A stretch of DNA of 64,000 nucleotides from Eledone cirrhosa (taxonomy: Eukaryota), in assembly GCA_964016885.1 (NCBI GenBank), contig OZ024752.1:34162001-34226000 (forward strand). Reading direction: 5' to 3'. Below, piece by piece: positions 27,961 to 43,631 of the stretch. How positions within the stretch are numbered: position 1 is the stretch's first letter; every line of letters starts with the position of its first letter. The translations under genes and the position numbers were made by a program. A model generated the notes under the pieces. It was given only the letters and a program-made list of their open reading frames with translations, did not search any database and was not told the origin of the DNA.

Positions 27961-30900
27961 TGTATGTCTAATGAAAGACACAGTCTATGTGTTTAATCCT
28001 TTCATTACTGTATGTCTAATGAAAGCCCTTTCATTACTGTATTTCTAATGAAAGACACAGTCTATGTGTTTAATCCTTTCATTACTGTATGTCTAATGAA
28101 AGACACAGTCTATGTGTTTAATCCTTTCATTACTGTATGTCTAATGAAAGACACTGTCTATGTGTTTAACCCTTTCATTACTGTATGTCTAATGAAAGAC
28201 ACAGTCTATGTATTTAATCCTTTCATTACTGTATGTCAAATGAAAGACACTGTCTATGTCTTTAACCCTTTCATTACTGAATGTCTAATGAAAGACACTG
28301 TCTGTGTTTAACCCTTTCATTACTGTATGTCTAATGAAAGACACAGTCTATGTGTTTAATCCTTTCATTACTGTATGTCTAATGAAAGACACTGTCTATG
28401 TGTTTAATCCTTTCATTGCTGTATGTCTAATGAAAGACACTGTCTATGTGTTTAACCCTTTCATTACTGTATGTCTATTGAAAGACACTGTCTATGTTGA
28501 ATCCTTTCATTACTGTATGTCTAATGAAAGACACTGTTTATGTGTTTAATCCTTTCATTATTGTATGTCTAATAAAAGGGACTGTCTATGTGTTTAACCC
28601 TTTCATTACTGTATGTCTAATGAAAGACACTGTCTATGTATTTAATCCTTTCATTACTGTATGAATAATGAAAGACACTGTCTGTGTGTTTAACCCTTTC
28701 ATTACTGTATGTCTAATGAAAGACACAGTCTATGTGTTTAATCCTTTCATTACTGTATGTCTAATGAAAGACACTGTCTATGTGGTTAGCCCTTTCATTA
28801 CTGTATGTCTAATGAAAGACACAGTCTATGTGTTTAATCCTTTCATTACTGTATGTCTAATGAAAGACAGTCTATGTGTTTAATCCTTTCATTACTGTAT
28901 GTCTAATGAAAGACACTGTCTGTGTGTTTAACCCTTTCATTACTGTATGTCTAATGAAAGACACAGTCTATGTGTTTAATCCTTTCATTACTGTATGTCT
29001 AATGAAAGACACAGTCTATGTGTTTAACCCTTTTATTACTGTATGTCTAATGAAAGACACAGTCTATGTTTTTAACCCTTTCATTACTGTATGTCTAATG
29101 AAAGACACAGTCTATGTGTTTAATCCTTTCATTACTGTATGTCTAATGAAAGACACTGTCTATGTGGTTAACCCTTTCATTACTGTATGTCTAATGAAAG
29201 ACACAGTCTATGTATTTAATCCTTTCATTACTGTATGTCAAATGAAAGACACTGTCTATGTCTTTAACCCTTTCATTACTGTATGTCTAATGAAAGACTC
29301 TGTCTGTGTTTAACCCTTTCATTACTGTATGTCTAATGAAAGACACAGTCTATGTGTTTAATCCTTTCATTACTGTATGTCTAATGAAAGACACTGTCTA
29401 TGTGTTTAATCCTTTCATTGCTGTATGTCTAATGAAAGACACTGTCTATGTGTTTAACCCTTTCATTACTGTATGTCTATTGAAAGACACTGTCTATGTT
29501 GAATCCTTTCATTACTGTATGTCTAATGAAAGACACTGTTTATGTGTTTAATCCTTTCATTATTGTATGTCTAATAAAAGGGACTGTCTATGTGTTTAAC
29601 CCTTTCATTACTGTATGTCTAATGAAAGACACTGTCTATGTATTTAATCCTTTCATTACTGTATGAATAATGAAAGACACTGTCTGTGTGTTTAACCCTT
29701 TCATTACTGTATGTCTAATGAAAGACACAGTCTATGTGTTTAATCCTTTCATTACTGTATGTCTAATGAAAGACACTGTCTATGTGGTTAGCCCTTTCAT
29801 TACTGTATGTCTAATGAAAGACACAGTCTATGTGTTTAATCCTTTCATTACTGTATGTCTAATGAAAGACACAGTCTATGTGTTTAATCCTTTCATTACT
29901 GTATGTCTAATGAAAGACACTGTCTGTGTGTTTATCCCTTTCATTACTGTATGTCTAATGAAAGACACAGTCTATGTGTTTAATCCTTTCATTACTGTAT
30001 GTCTAATGAAAGACACAGTCTATGTGTTTAACCCTTTTATTACTGTATGTCTAATGAAAGACACAGTCTATGTTTTTAACCCTTTCATTACTGTATGTCT
30101 AATGAAAGACACAGTCTATGTGTTTAATCCTTTCATTACTGTATGTCTAATGAAAGACACTGTCTCTGTGGTTAACCCTTTCATTACTGTATGTCTAATG
30201 AAAGACCCAGTCTATGTGTTTAATCCTTTCATTACTGTATGTCTAATGAAAGACACAGTCTATGTGTTTAATCCTTTCATTACTGTATGTCTAATGAAAG
30301 ACACTGTCTATGTGTTTAACCCTTTCATTACTGTATGTCTAATGAAAGACACAGTCTATGTGTTTAACCCTTTCATTACTGTATGTCTAATGAAAGACAC
30401 AGTCTATGTGTTTAATCCTTTCATTACTGTATGTCTAATGAAAGACACTGTCTATGTGTTTAACCCTTTCATTACTGTATGTCTAATGAAAGACACAGTC
30501 TATGTGTTTAATCCTTTCATTACTGTATGTCTAATGAAAGACACAGTCTATGTGTTTAATCCTTTCATTACTGTATGTCTAATGAAAGACACTGTCTATG
30601 TGTTTAACCCTTTCATTACTGTATGTCTAATGAAAGACACAGTCTATGTATTTAATCCTTTCATTACTGTATGTCTAATGAAAGACACTGTCTATGTCTT
30701 TAACCCTTTCATTACTGTATGTCTAATGAAAGACACTGTCTGTGTTTAACCCTTTCATTACTGTATGTCGAATGAAAGACACTGTCTATGTGTTTAACCC
30801 TTTCATTACTGTATGTCTAATGAAAGACACTGTCTATGTGTTTAATCCTTTCATTTCTGTATGTCTAATGAAAGACACTGTCTATGTGTTTAACCCTTTC

Positions 30901-33900
30901 ATTACTGTATGTCTATTGAAAGACACTGTCTATGTATTTAATCCTTTCATTACTGTATGTCAAATGAAAGACACTGTCTATGTCTTTAACCCTTTCATTA
31001 CTGTATGTCTAATGAAAGACACTGTCTGTGTTTAACCCTTTCATTACTGTATGTCTAATGAAAGACACAGTCTATGTGTTTAATCCTTTCATTACTGTAT
31101 GTCTAATGAAAGACATAGTCTATGTGTTTAACCCTTTTATTACTGTATGTCTAATGAAAGACACAGTCTATGTGTGTAACCCTTTCATTACTGTATGTCT
31201 AATGAAAGACACAGTCTATGTGTTTAATCCTTTCATTACTGTATGTCTAATGAAAGACACTGTCTATGTGTTTAACCCTTTCATTACTGTATGTCTAATG
31301 AAAGACACAGTCTATGTGTTTAATCCTTTCATTACTGTATGTCTAATGAAAGACACAGTCTATGTGTTTAATCCTTTCATTACTGTATGTCTAATGAAAG
31401 ACACTGTCTATGTGTTTAACCCTTTCATTACTGTATGTCTAATGAAAGACACAGTCTATGTATTTAATCCTTTCATTACTGTATGTCTAATGAAAGACAC
31501 TGTCTATGTCTTTAACCCTTTCATTACTGTATGTCTAATGAAAGACACTGTCTGTGTTTAACCCTTTCATTACTGTATGTCTAATGAAAGACACAGTCTA
31601 TGTGTTTAATCCTTTCATTACTGTATGTCTAATGAAAGACACTGTCTATGTGTTTAATCCTTTCATTGCTGTATGTCTAATGAAAGACACTGTCTATGTG
31701 TTTAACCCTTTCATTACTGTATGTCTATTGAAAGACACTGTCTATGTTGAATCCTTTCATTACTGTATGTCTAATGAAAGACACTGTTTATGTGTTTAAT
31801 CCTTTCATTATTGTATGTCTAATAAAAGGGACTGTCTATGTGTTTAACCCTTTCATTACTGTATGTCTAATGAAAGACACTGTCTATGTATTTAATCCTT
31901 TCATTACTGTATGAATAATGAAAGACACTGTCTGTGTGTTTAACCCTTTCATTACTGTATGTCTAATGAAAGACACAGTCTATGTGTTTAATCCTTTCAT
32001 TACTGTATGTCTAATGAAAGACACTGTCTATGTGGTTAGCCCTTTCATTACTGTATGTCTAATGAAAGACACAGTCTATGTGTTTAATCCTTTCATTACT
32101 GTATGTCTAATGAAAGACACAGTCTATGTGTTTAATCCTTTCATTACTGTATGTCTAATGAAAGACACTGTCTGTGTGTTTAACCCTTTCATTACTGTAT
32201 GTCTAATGAAAGACACAGTCTATGTGTTTAATCCTTTCATTACTGTATGTCTAATGAAAGACACAGTCTATGTGTTTAACCCTTTTATTACTGTATGTCT
32301 AATGAAAGACACAGTCTATGTTTTTAACCCTTTCATTACTGTATGTCTAATGAAAGACACAGTCTATGTGTTTAATCCTTTCATTACTGTATGTCTAATG
32401 AAAGACACTGTCTATGTGGTTAACCCTTTCATTACTGTATGTCTAATGAAAGACACAGTCTATGTGTTTAATCCTTTCATTACTGTATGTCTAATGAAAG
32501 ACACAGTCTATGTGTTTAATCCTTTCATTACTGTATGTCTAATGAAAGACACTGTCTATGTGTTTAACCCTTTCATTACTGTATGTCTAATGAAAGACAC
32601 AGTCTATGTGTTTAACCCTTTCATTACTGTATGTCTAATGAAAGACACAGTCTATGTGTTTAATCCTTTCATTACTGTATGTCTAATGAAAGACACTGTC
32701 TATGTGTTTAATCCTTTCATTGCTGTATGTCTAACGAAAGACACTGTCTATGTGTTTAACCCTTTCATTACTGTATGTCTATTGAAAGACACTGTCTATG
32801 TTGAATGCTTTCATTACTGTATGTCTAATGAAAGACACTGTTTATGTGTTTAATCCTTTCATTACTGTATGTCTAATAAAAGGGACTGTCTATGTGTTTA
32901 ACCCTTTCATTACTGTATGTCTAATGAAAGACACTGTCTATGTGTTTAACCCTTTCATTACTGTATGTCTAATGAAAGACACTGTCTATGTATTTAATCC
33001 TTTCATTACTGTATGTCAAATGAAAGACACTGTCTATGTCTTTAACCCTTTCATTACTGTATGTCTAATGAAAGACACTGTCTGTGTTTAACCCTTTCAT
33101 TACTGTATGTCTAATGAAAGACACAGTCTATGTGTTTAATCCTTTCATTACTGTATGTCTAATGAAAGACACTGTCTATGTGTTTAATCCTTTCATTGCT
33201 GTATGTCTAATGAAAGACACTGTCTATGTGTTTAACCCTTTCATTACTGTATGTCTATTGAAAGACACTGTCTATGTTGAATCCTTTCATTACTGTATGT
33301 CTAATGAAAGACACTGTTTATGTGTTTAATCCTTTCATTACTGTATGTCTAATAAAAGGGACTGTCTATGTGTTTAACCCTTTCATTACTGTATGTCTAA
33401 TGAAAGACACTGTCTATGTATTTAATCCTTTCATTACTGTATGAATAATGAAAGACACTGTCTATGTGTTTAACCCTTTCATTACTGTATGTCTAATGAA
33501 AGACACTGTCTATGTCTTTAACCCTTTCATTACTGTATGTCTAATGAAAGACACTGTCTGTGTTTAACCCTTTCATTACTGTATGTCTAATGAAAGACAC
33601 TGTCTATGTGTTTAACCCTTTCATTACTGTATGTCTAATGAAAGACACAGTCTATGTGTTTAACCCTTTCATTACTGTATGTCTAATGAAAGACACAGTC
33701 TATGTGTTTAATCCTTTCATTACTGTATGTCTAATGAAATCCCTTTCATTACTGTATTTCTAATGAAAGACACTGTCTATGTGTTTAATCCTTTCATTAC
33801 TGTATGTCTAATGAAAGACACTGTCTATGTGTTTAATCCTTTCATTTCTGTATGTCTAATGAAAGCCACTGTCTATGTGTTTAACCCTTTCATTACTGTA

Positions 33901-36900
33901 TGTCTATTGAAAGACACTGTCTATGTTGAATGCTTTCATTACTGTATGTCTAATGAAAGACACTGTTTATGTGTTTAATCCTTTCATTACTGTATGTCTA
34001 ATAAAAGGGACTGTCTATGTGTTTAACCCTTTCATTACTGTATGTCTAATGAAAGACACTGTCTATGTGTTTAACCCTTTCATTACTGTATGTTTAATGA
34101 AAGACACTGTCTATGTATTTAATCCTTTCATTACTGTATGTCAAATGAAAGACACTGTCTATGTCTTTAACCCTTTCATTACTGTATGTCTAATGAAAGA
34201 CACTGTCTGTGTTTAACCCTTTCATTACTGTATGTCTAATGAAAGACACAGTCTATGTGTTTAATCCTTTCATTACTGTATGTCTAATGAAAGCCCTTTC
34301 ATTACTGTATTTCTAATGAAAGACACTGTCTATGTGTTTAATCCTTTCATTACTGTATGTCTAATGAAAGACACTGTCTATGTGTTTAATCCTTTCATTG
34401 CTGTATGTCTAACGAAAGACACTGTCTATGTGTTTAACCCTTTCATTACTGTATGTCTATTGAAAGACACTGTCTATGTTGAATGCTTTCATTACTGTAT
34501 GTCTAATGAAAGACACTGTTTATGTGTTTAATCCTTTCATTACTGTATGTCTAATAAAAGGGACTGTCTATGTGTTTAACCCTGTCATTACTGTATGTCT
34601 AATGAAAGACATTGTCTATGTGTTTAACCCTTTCATTACTGTATGTCTAATGAAAGACACTGTCTATGTATTTAATCCTTTCATTACTGTATGTCTAATG
34701 AAAGACACTGTCTATGTCTTTAACCCTTTCATTACTGTATGTCTAATGAAAGACACTGTCTGTGTTTAACCCTTTCATTACTGTATGTCTAATGAAAGAC
34801 ACTGTCTATGTGTTTAACCCTTTCATTACTGTATGTCTAATGAAAGACACTGTCTATGTGTTTAATCCTTTCATTTCTGTATGTCTAATGAAAGACACTG
34901 TCTATGTGTTTAACCCTTTCATTACTGTATGTCTATTGAAAGACACTGTCTATGTTGAATGCTTTCATTACTGTATGTCTAATGAAAGACACTGTTTATG
35001 TGTTTAATCCTTTCATTACTGTATGTCTAATAAAAGGGACTGTCTATGTGTTTAACCCTTTCATTACTGTATGTCTAATGAAAGACACTGTCTATGTGTT
35101 TAACCCTTTCATTACTGTATGTTTAATGAAAGACACTGTCTATGTATTTAATCCTTTCATTACTGTATGTCAAATGAAAGACACTGTCTATGTCTTTAAC
35201 CCTTTCATTACTGTATGTCTAATGAAAGACACTGTCTGTGTTTAACCCTTTCATTACTGTATGTCTAATGAAAGACACAGTCTATGTGTTTAATCCTTTC
35301 ATTACTGTATGTCTAATGAAAGACATAGTCTGTGTGTTTAACCCTTTTATTACTGTATGTCTAATGAAAGACACAGTCTATGTGTGTAACCCTTTCATTA
35401 CTGTATGTCTAATGAAAGACACAGTCTATGTGTTTAATCCTTTCATTACTGTATGTCTAATGAAAGACACTGTCTATGTGTTTAACCCTTTCATTACTGT
35501 ATGTCTAATGAAAGACACAGTGTATGTGTTTAATCCTTTCATTACTGTATGTCTAATGAAAGACACAGTCTATGTGTTTAATCCTTTCATTACTGTATGT
35601 CTAATGAAAGACACTGTCTATGTGTTTAACCCTTTCATTACTGTATGTCTAATGAAAGACACAGTCTATGTATTTAATCCTTTCATTACTGTATGTCAAA
35701 TGAAAGACACTGTCTATGTCTTTAACCCTTTCATTACTGTATGTCTAATGAAAGACACAGTCTATGTGTTTAATCCTTTCATTACTGTATGTCTAATGAA
35801 AGACACTGTCTATGTGTTTAATCCTTTCATTGCTGTATGTCTAATGAAAGACACTGTCTATGTGTTTAACCCTTTCATTACTGTATGTCTATTGAAAGAC
35901 ACTGTCTATGTTGAATCCTTTCATTACTGTATGTCTAATGAAAGACACTGTTTATGTGTTTAATCCTTTCATTATTGTATGTCTAATAAAAGGGACTGTC
36001 TATGTGTTTAACCCTTTCATTACTGTATGTCTAATGAAAGACACTGTCTATGTCTTTAATCCTTTCATTACTGTATGTCTAATGAAAGACACAGTCTATG
36101 TGTTTAATCCTTTCATTACTGTATGTCTAATGAAAGACACTGTCTATGTGTTTAACCCTTTCATTACTGTATGTCTAATGAAAGACACAGTCTATGTGTT
36201 TAATCCTTTCATTACTGTATGTCTAATGAAAGACACAGTCTATGTGTTTAATCCTTTCATTACTGTATGTCTAATGAAAGACACAGTCTATGTGTTTAAC
36301 CCTTTCATTACTGTATGTCTAATGAAAGACACTGTCTATGTGTTTAACCCTTTCATTACTGTATGTCTAATGAAAGACACAGTCTATGTGTTTAATCCTT
36401 TCATTACTGTATGTCTAATGAAAGACACTCTCTATGTGTTTAACCCTTTCATTACTGTATGTCTAATGAAAGACACAGTCTATGTGTTTAATCCTTTCAT
36501 TACTGTATGTCTAATGAAAGACACAGTCTATGTGTTTAACCCTTTCATTACTGTATGTCTAATGAAAGACACTGTCTGTGTTTAACCCTTTCATTACTGT
36601 ATGTCTAATGAAAGACATTGTCTGTGTGTTTTACCCTTTCATTACTGTATGTCTAATGAAAGACACTGTCTATGTATCTAATCCTTTCATTACTGTATGT
36701 CTAATGAAAGACACTGTCTATGTGTTTAACCCTTTCATTACTGTATGTCTAATGAAAGACACTGTCTATGTATTTAATCCTTTCATTACTGTATGTCTAA
36801 TGAAAGACACTGTCTATGTGTTTAACCCTTTCATTACTGTATGTCTAATGAAAGACACTGTCTATGTGTTTAACCCTTTCATTACTGTATGTCTAATGAA

Positions 36901-39900
36901 AGACACTGTCTGTGTTTAACCCTTTCATTACTGTATGTCTAATGAAAGACAGTGTCTATATGTTTAATCCTTTCATTACTGTATGTCTAATGAAAGACAC
37001 TGTCTGTGTTTAACCCTTTCATTACTGTATGTCTAATGAAAGACACTGTCTATGTGTTTAACCCTTTCATTACTGTATGTCTAATGAAAGACACTGTCTG
37101 TGTTTAACCCTTTCATTACTGTATGTCTAATGAAAGACACTGTCTATGTGTTTAATCCTTTCATTACTGTATGTCTAATGAAAGACACTGTCTATGTGTT
37201 TAATCCTTTCATTACTGTATGTCTAATGAAAGACACTGTCTATGTGTTTAACCCTTTCATTACTGTATGTCTAATGAAAGACACTGTCTATGTGTTTAAC
37301 CCTTTCATTACTGTATGTCTAATGAAAGACATTGTCTGTGTGTTTAACCCTTTCATTACTGTATTTCTAATGAAAGACACTGTCTATGTGTTTAACCCTT
37401 TCATTACTGTATGTCTAATGAAAGACACAGTCTATGTGTTTAACCCTTTCATTACTGTATTTCTAATGAAAGACACAATCTATGTGTTTAATCCTTTCAT
37501 TACTGTATTTCTAATGAAAGACACTGTCTATGTCTTTAATCCTTTCATTACTGTATGTCTAATGAAAGACACTGTCTATGTGTTTAACCCTTTCATTACT
37601 GTATGTCTAATGAAAGACACCGTCTATGTGTTTAACCCTTTCATTACTGTATGTCTAATAAAAGACACTGTCTATGTCTTTAACCCTTTATTTACTGTAT
37701 TTGTAATGAAAGACACTGTCTATGTGTTTAATCCTTTCATTACTGTATGTTTAATGAAAGACACTGTCTATGTCTGTAACCCTTTCATTACTGTATGTCT
37801 AATGAAAGACACTGTCTATGTCTTTAACCCTTTCATTACTGTATTTCTAATGAAAGACACTGTCTATGTGTTTAATCCTTTCATTACTGTATGTCTAATG
37901 AAAGACACTGTCTATGTGTTTAATCCTTTCATTACTGTATGTCTAATGAAAGACACTGTCTATGTGTTTAACCCTTTCATTACTGTATGTCTAATGAAAG
38001 ACATTGTCTGTGTGTTTAACCCTTTCATTAATGTATGTCTAGTGAAAGACACTGTCTATGTATTTAATCCTTTCATTACTGTATGTCTAATGAAAGACAC
38101 TGTCTATGTCTTTAACCCTTTCATTACTGTATGTCTAATGAAAAACACTGTCTGTGTTTAACCCTTTCATTACTGTATGTCTAATGAAAGACATTGTCTA
38201 TGTGTTTAACCCTTTCATTATTGTATGTCTATTGAAAGACACTGTCTATGTTTAATCGTTTCATTACTGTATGTCTAATGAAAGACACTGTCTATGTGTT
38301 TAACCCTTTCATTACTGTATGTCTATTGAAAGACACTGTCTATGTTTAATCGTTTCATTACTGTATGTCTAATGAAAGACACTGTCTATGTCTTTAACCC
38401 TTTCATTACTGTATGTCTAATGAAAGACATTGTCTGTGTGTTTAACCCTTTCATTACTGTATATCTAATGAAAGTCACTGTCTATGTCTTTAACCCTTTC
38501 ATTACTGTATGTCTAATGAAAGACACTGTCTATGTCTTTAACCCTTTCATTACTGTATGTCTAATGAAAGACACTGTCTATGTGTTTAATCCTTTCATTA
38601 CTGTATGTCTAATGAAAGACACTGTCTATGTGTTTAACCCTTTCATTACTGTATGTCTAATGAAAGACACTGTCTATGTGTTTAATCCTTTCATTACTGT
38701 ATGTCTAATGAAAGACACTGTCTATGTGTTTAACCCTTTCATTACTGTATGTCTAATTGAAGATACTGTCTATGTGTTTAATCCTTTCATTACTGTATGT
38801 CTAATGAAAGACACTGTCTATGTGTTTAATCCTTTCATTACTGTATGTCTAATGAAAGACACTGTCTATGTCTTTAACCCTTTCATTACTGTATGATTAA
38901 TGAAAGACACTGTCTATGTTTAATCGTTTCATTACTGTATGTCTAATGAAAGACACTGTCTATGTGTTTAACCCTTTCATTACTGTATGTCTATTGAAAG
39001 ACACTGTCTATGTGTTTAACCCTTTCATTACTGTATGTCTAATGAAAGACACTATCTATGTTTAATCCTTTCATTACTGTATGTCTAATAAAAGGGACTG
39101 TCTATGTGTTTAACCCTTTCATTACTGTATGTCTAATGAAAGACACTGTCTGTGTTTAACCCTTTCATTACTGTATGTCTAATGAAAGACACTGTCTATG
39201 TATTTAATCCTTTCATTACTGTATGTCTAATGAAAGACACTGTCTGTGTTTAACCCTTTCATTACTGTATGTCTAATGAAAGACACTGTCTGTGTTTAAC
39301 CCTTTCATTACTGTATGTCTATTGAAAGACACTGTCTATGTTTAATCCTTTCATTACTGTATGTCTAATAAAAGGGACTGTCTATGTGTTTAACCCTTTC
39401 ATTACTGTATGTCTAATGAAAGACACTGTCTATGTATTTAATCCTTTCATTACTGTATGTCTAATGAAAGACATTGTCTATGTGTTTAACCCTTTCATTA
39501 CTGTATGTCTAATGAAAGACACTGTCTGTGTTTAACCCTTTCATTACTGTATGTCTAATGAAAGACACTGTCTGTGTTTAACCCTTTCATTACTGTATGT
39601 CTAATGAAAGACATTGTCTGTGTGTTTAACCCTTTCATTACTGTATGTCTAATGAAAGACACTGTCTATGTGTTTAACCCTTTCATTACTGTATGTCTAA
39701 TGAAGGACACTGTCTGTGTTTAACCCTTTCATTACTGTATGTCTAATGAAAGACACTGTCTATGTATTTAATCCTTTCATTACTGTATGTCTAATGAAAG
39801 ACACTGTCTATGTATTTAATCCTTTCATTACTGTATGTCTAATGAAAGACACTGTCTGTGTTTAACCCTTTCATTACTGTATGTCTAATGAAAGACACTG

Positions 39901-42900
39901 TCTATGTGTTTAACCCTTTCATTACTGTATGTCTAATGAAAGACACTGTCTATGTGTTTAACCCTTTCATTACTGTATGTCTAATGAAAGACACTGTCTG
40001 TGTTTAACCCTTTCATTACTGTATGTCTAATGAAAGACACTGTCTATGTGTTTAACCCTTTCATTACTGTATGTCTAATGAAAGACACTGTCTGTGTGTT
40101 TAACCCTTTCATTTCTGTATGTCTAATGAAAGACACTGTCTATGTGTTTAACCCTTTCAGTACTGTATGTCTAATGAAAGACACTGTCTGTGTTTAACCC
40201 TTTCATTACTGTATGTCTAATGAAAGACACTGTTTATGTATTTAATCCTTTCATTACTGTATGTCTAATGAAAGACACTGTCTGTGTTTAACCCTTTCAT
40301 TACTGTATGTCTAATGAAAGACACTGTCTATGTGTTTAACCCTTTCATTACTGTATGTCTAATGAAAGACACAGTCTATGTGTTTAACCCTTTCATTACT
40401 GTATGTCTAATGAAAGACATTGTCTGTGTGTTTAACCCTTTCATTACTGTATGTCTAATGAAAGACACTGTCTATGTATTTAATCCTTTCATTACTGTAT
40501 GTCTAATGAAAGACACTGTCTATGTATTTAATCCTTTCATTACTGTATGTCTAATGAAAGACACTGTCTATGTATTTAATCGTTTCATTACTGTATGTCT
40601 AATGAAAGACACAGTCTATGTGTTTAACCCTTTCATTACTGTATGTCTAATGAAAGACATTGTCTGTGTGTTTAACCCTTTCATTACTGTATGTCTAATG
40701 AAAGACACTGTCTATGTGTTTAATCCTTTCATTACTGTATGTCTAATGAAAGACATTGTCTGTGTGTTTAACCCTTTCATTACTGTATGTCTAATGAAAG
40801 ACACTGTCTATGTGTTTAACCCTTTCATTACTGTATGTCTAATGAAAGACACTGTCTATGTGTTTAACCCTTTCATTACTGTATGTCTAATGAAAGACAC
40901 TGTCTATGTATTTAATCCTTTCATTACTGTATGTCTAATGAAAGACACTGTCTATGTGTTTAACCCTTTCATTACTGTATGTCTAATGAAAGACACTGTC
41001 TATGTATTTAACCCTTTCATTACTGTATGTCTAATGAAAGACACTGTCTATGTGTTTAACCCTTTCATTACTGTATGTCTAATGAAAGACACTGTCTGTG
41101 TTTAACCCTTTCATTACTGTATGTCTAATGAAAGACACTGTCTATGTGTTTAACCCTTTCATTACTGTATGTCTAATGAAAGACACTGTCTATGTATTTA
41201 ATCCTTTCATTACTGTATGTCTAATGAAAGACACTGTCTATGTGTTTAACCCTTTCATTACTGTATGTCTAATGAAAGACACTGTCTATGTATTTAACCC
41301 TTTCATTACTGTATGTCTAATGAAAGACACTGTCTATGTGTTTAACCCTTTCATTACTGTATGTCTAATGAAAGACACAGTCTATGTATTTAATCCTTTC
41401 ATTACTGTATGTCTAATGAAAGACACTGTCTATGTGTTTAACCCTTTCATTACTGTATGTCTAATGAAAGACACTGTCTATGTATTTAACCCTTTCATTA
41501 CTGTATGTCTAATGAAAGACACTGTCTGTGTTTAACCCTTTCATTACTGTATGTCTAATGAAAGACACAGTCTATGTATTTAATCCTTTCATTACTGTAT
41601 GTCTAATGAAAGACATTGTCTGTGTGTTTAACCCTTTCATTACTGTATGTCTAATGAAAGACACTGTCTATGTGTTTAACCCTTTCATTACTGTATGTCT
41701 AATGAAAGACACTGTCTATGTATTTAATCCTTTCATTACTGTCTGTCTAATGAAAGACACTGTCTATGTGTTTAACCCTTTCATTACTGTATGTCTAATG
41801 AAAGACACTGTTTGTGTTTAACCCTTTCATTACTGTATGTCTAATGAAAGACACTGTCTATGTGTTTAACCCTTTCATTACTGTATGTCTAATGAAAGAC
41901 ACTGTCTGTGTTTAACCCTTTCATTACTGTATGTCTAATGAAAGACACTGTCTATGTGTTTAACCCTTTCATTACTGTATGTCTAATGAAAGACACTGTC
42001 TGTGTTTAACCCTTTCATTACTGTATGTCTAATGAAAGACACTGTCTATGTGTTTAACCCTTTCATTACTGTATGTCTAATGAAAGACACTGTCTATGTG
42101 TTTAACCCTTTCATTACTGTATGTCTAATGAAAGACACTGTCTATGTCTTTAACCCTTTCATTACTGTATGTCTAATGAAAGACACTGTCTATGTATTTA
42201 ATCCTTTCATTACTGTATGTCTAATGAAAGACATTGTGTGTGTGTTTAACCCTTTCATTACTGTATGTCTAATGAAAGACACTGTCTGTGTGTTTAACCC
42301 TTTCATTACTGTATGTCTAATGAAAGACACTGTCTATGTGTTTAACCCTTTCATTACTGTATGTCTGATGAAAGACACTGTCTATGTGTTTAACCCTTTC
42401 ATTACTGTATGTCTAATGAAAGACACTGTCTATGTGTTTAATCCTTTCATTACTGTATGTCTAATGAAAGACACTGTCTATGTGTTTAACCCTTTCATTA
42501 CTGTATGTCTAATGAAAGACACTGTCTATGTGTTTAATCCTTTCATTACTGTATGTCTAATGAAAGACACTGTCTATGTGTTTAACCCTTTCATTACTGT
42601 ATGTCTAATGAAAGACACTGTCCGTGTTTAACCCTTTCATTACTGTATGTCTAATGAAAGACACTGTCTATGTGTTTAATCCTTTCATTACTGTATGTCT
42701 AATGAAAGACACTGTCTATGTGTTTAACCCTTTCATTACTGTATGTCTAATGAAAGACACTGTCTGTGTTTAACCCTTTCATTACTGTATGTCTAATGAA
42801 AGACACTGTCTATGTGTTTAACCCTTTCATTACTGTATTTCTAATGAAAGACACTGTCTATGTCTTTAACCCTTTCATTACTGTATTTCTAATGAAAGAC

Positions 42901-43631
42901 ACTGTCTATGTCTTCAACCCTTTCATTACTGTATGTCTAATGAAAGACACTGTCTATGTGTTTAACCCTTTCATTACTGTATTTCTAATGAAAGACACTG
43001 TCTATGTGTTTAACCCTTTCATTACTGTATGTCTAATGAAAGACACTGTCTATGTGTTTAACCCTTTCATTACTGTATTTCTAATGAAAGACACTGTCTA
43101 TGTGTTTAATCCTTTCATTACTGTATTTCTAATGAAAGACACTGTCTATGTCTTTAACCCTTTCATTACTGTATGTCTAATGAAAGACAGTCTATGTGTT
43201 TAACCCTTTCATTACTGTATCTCTAATGAAAGACACTGTCTATGTGTTTAACCCTTTCATTACTGTATGTCTAATGAAAGACACTGTCTAAGTGTTTAAT
43301 CCTTTAATTACTGTATGTCTATTGAAAGACACTGTCTAAGTGTTTAATCCTTTCATTACTGTATGTCTAATTGAAGATACTGTCTATGTGTTTAATCCTT
43401 TCATTACTGTATGTCTAATGAAAGACACTGTCTATGTCTTTAACCCTTTCATTACTGTATGTCTAATGAAAGACACTGTCTATGTGTTTAATCCTTTCAT
43501 TACTGTATGTCTAATGAAAGACACTGTCTATGTGTTTAACCCTTTCATTACTGTATGTCTAATGAAAGACACTGTCTATGTGTTTAACCCTTTCATTACT
43601 GTATGTCTAATGAAAGACACTGTCTATGTGT

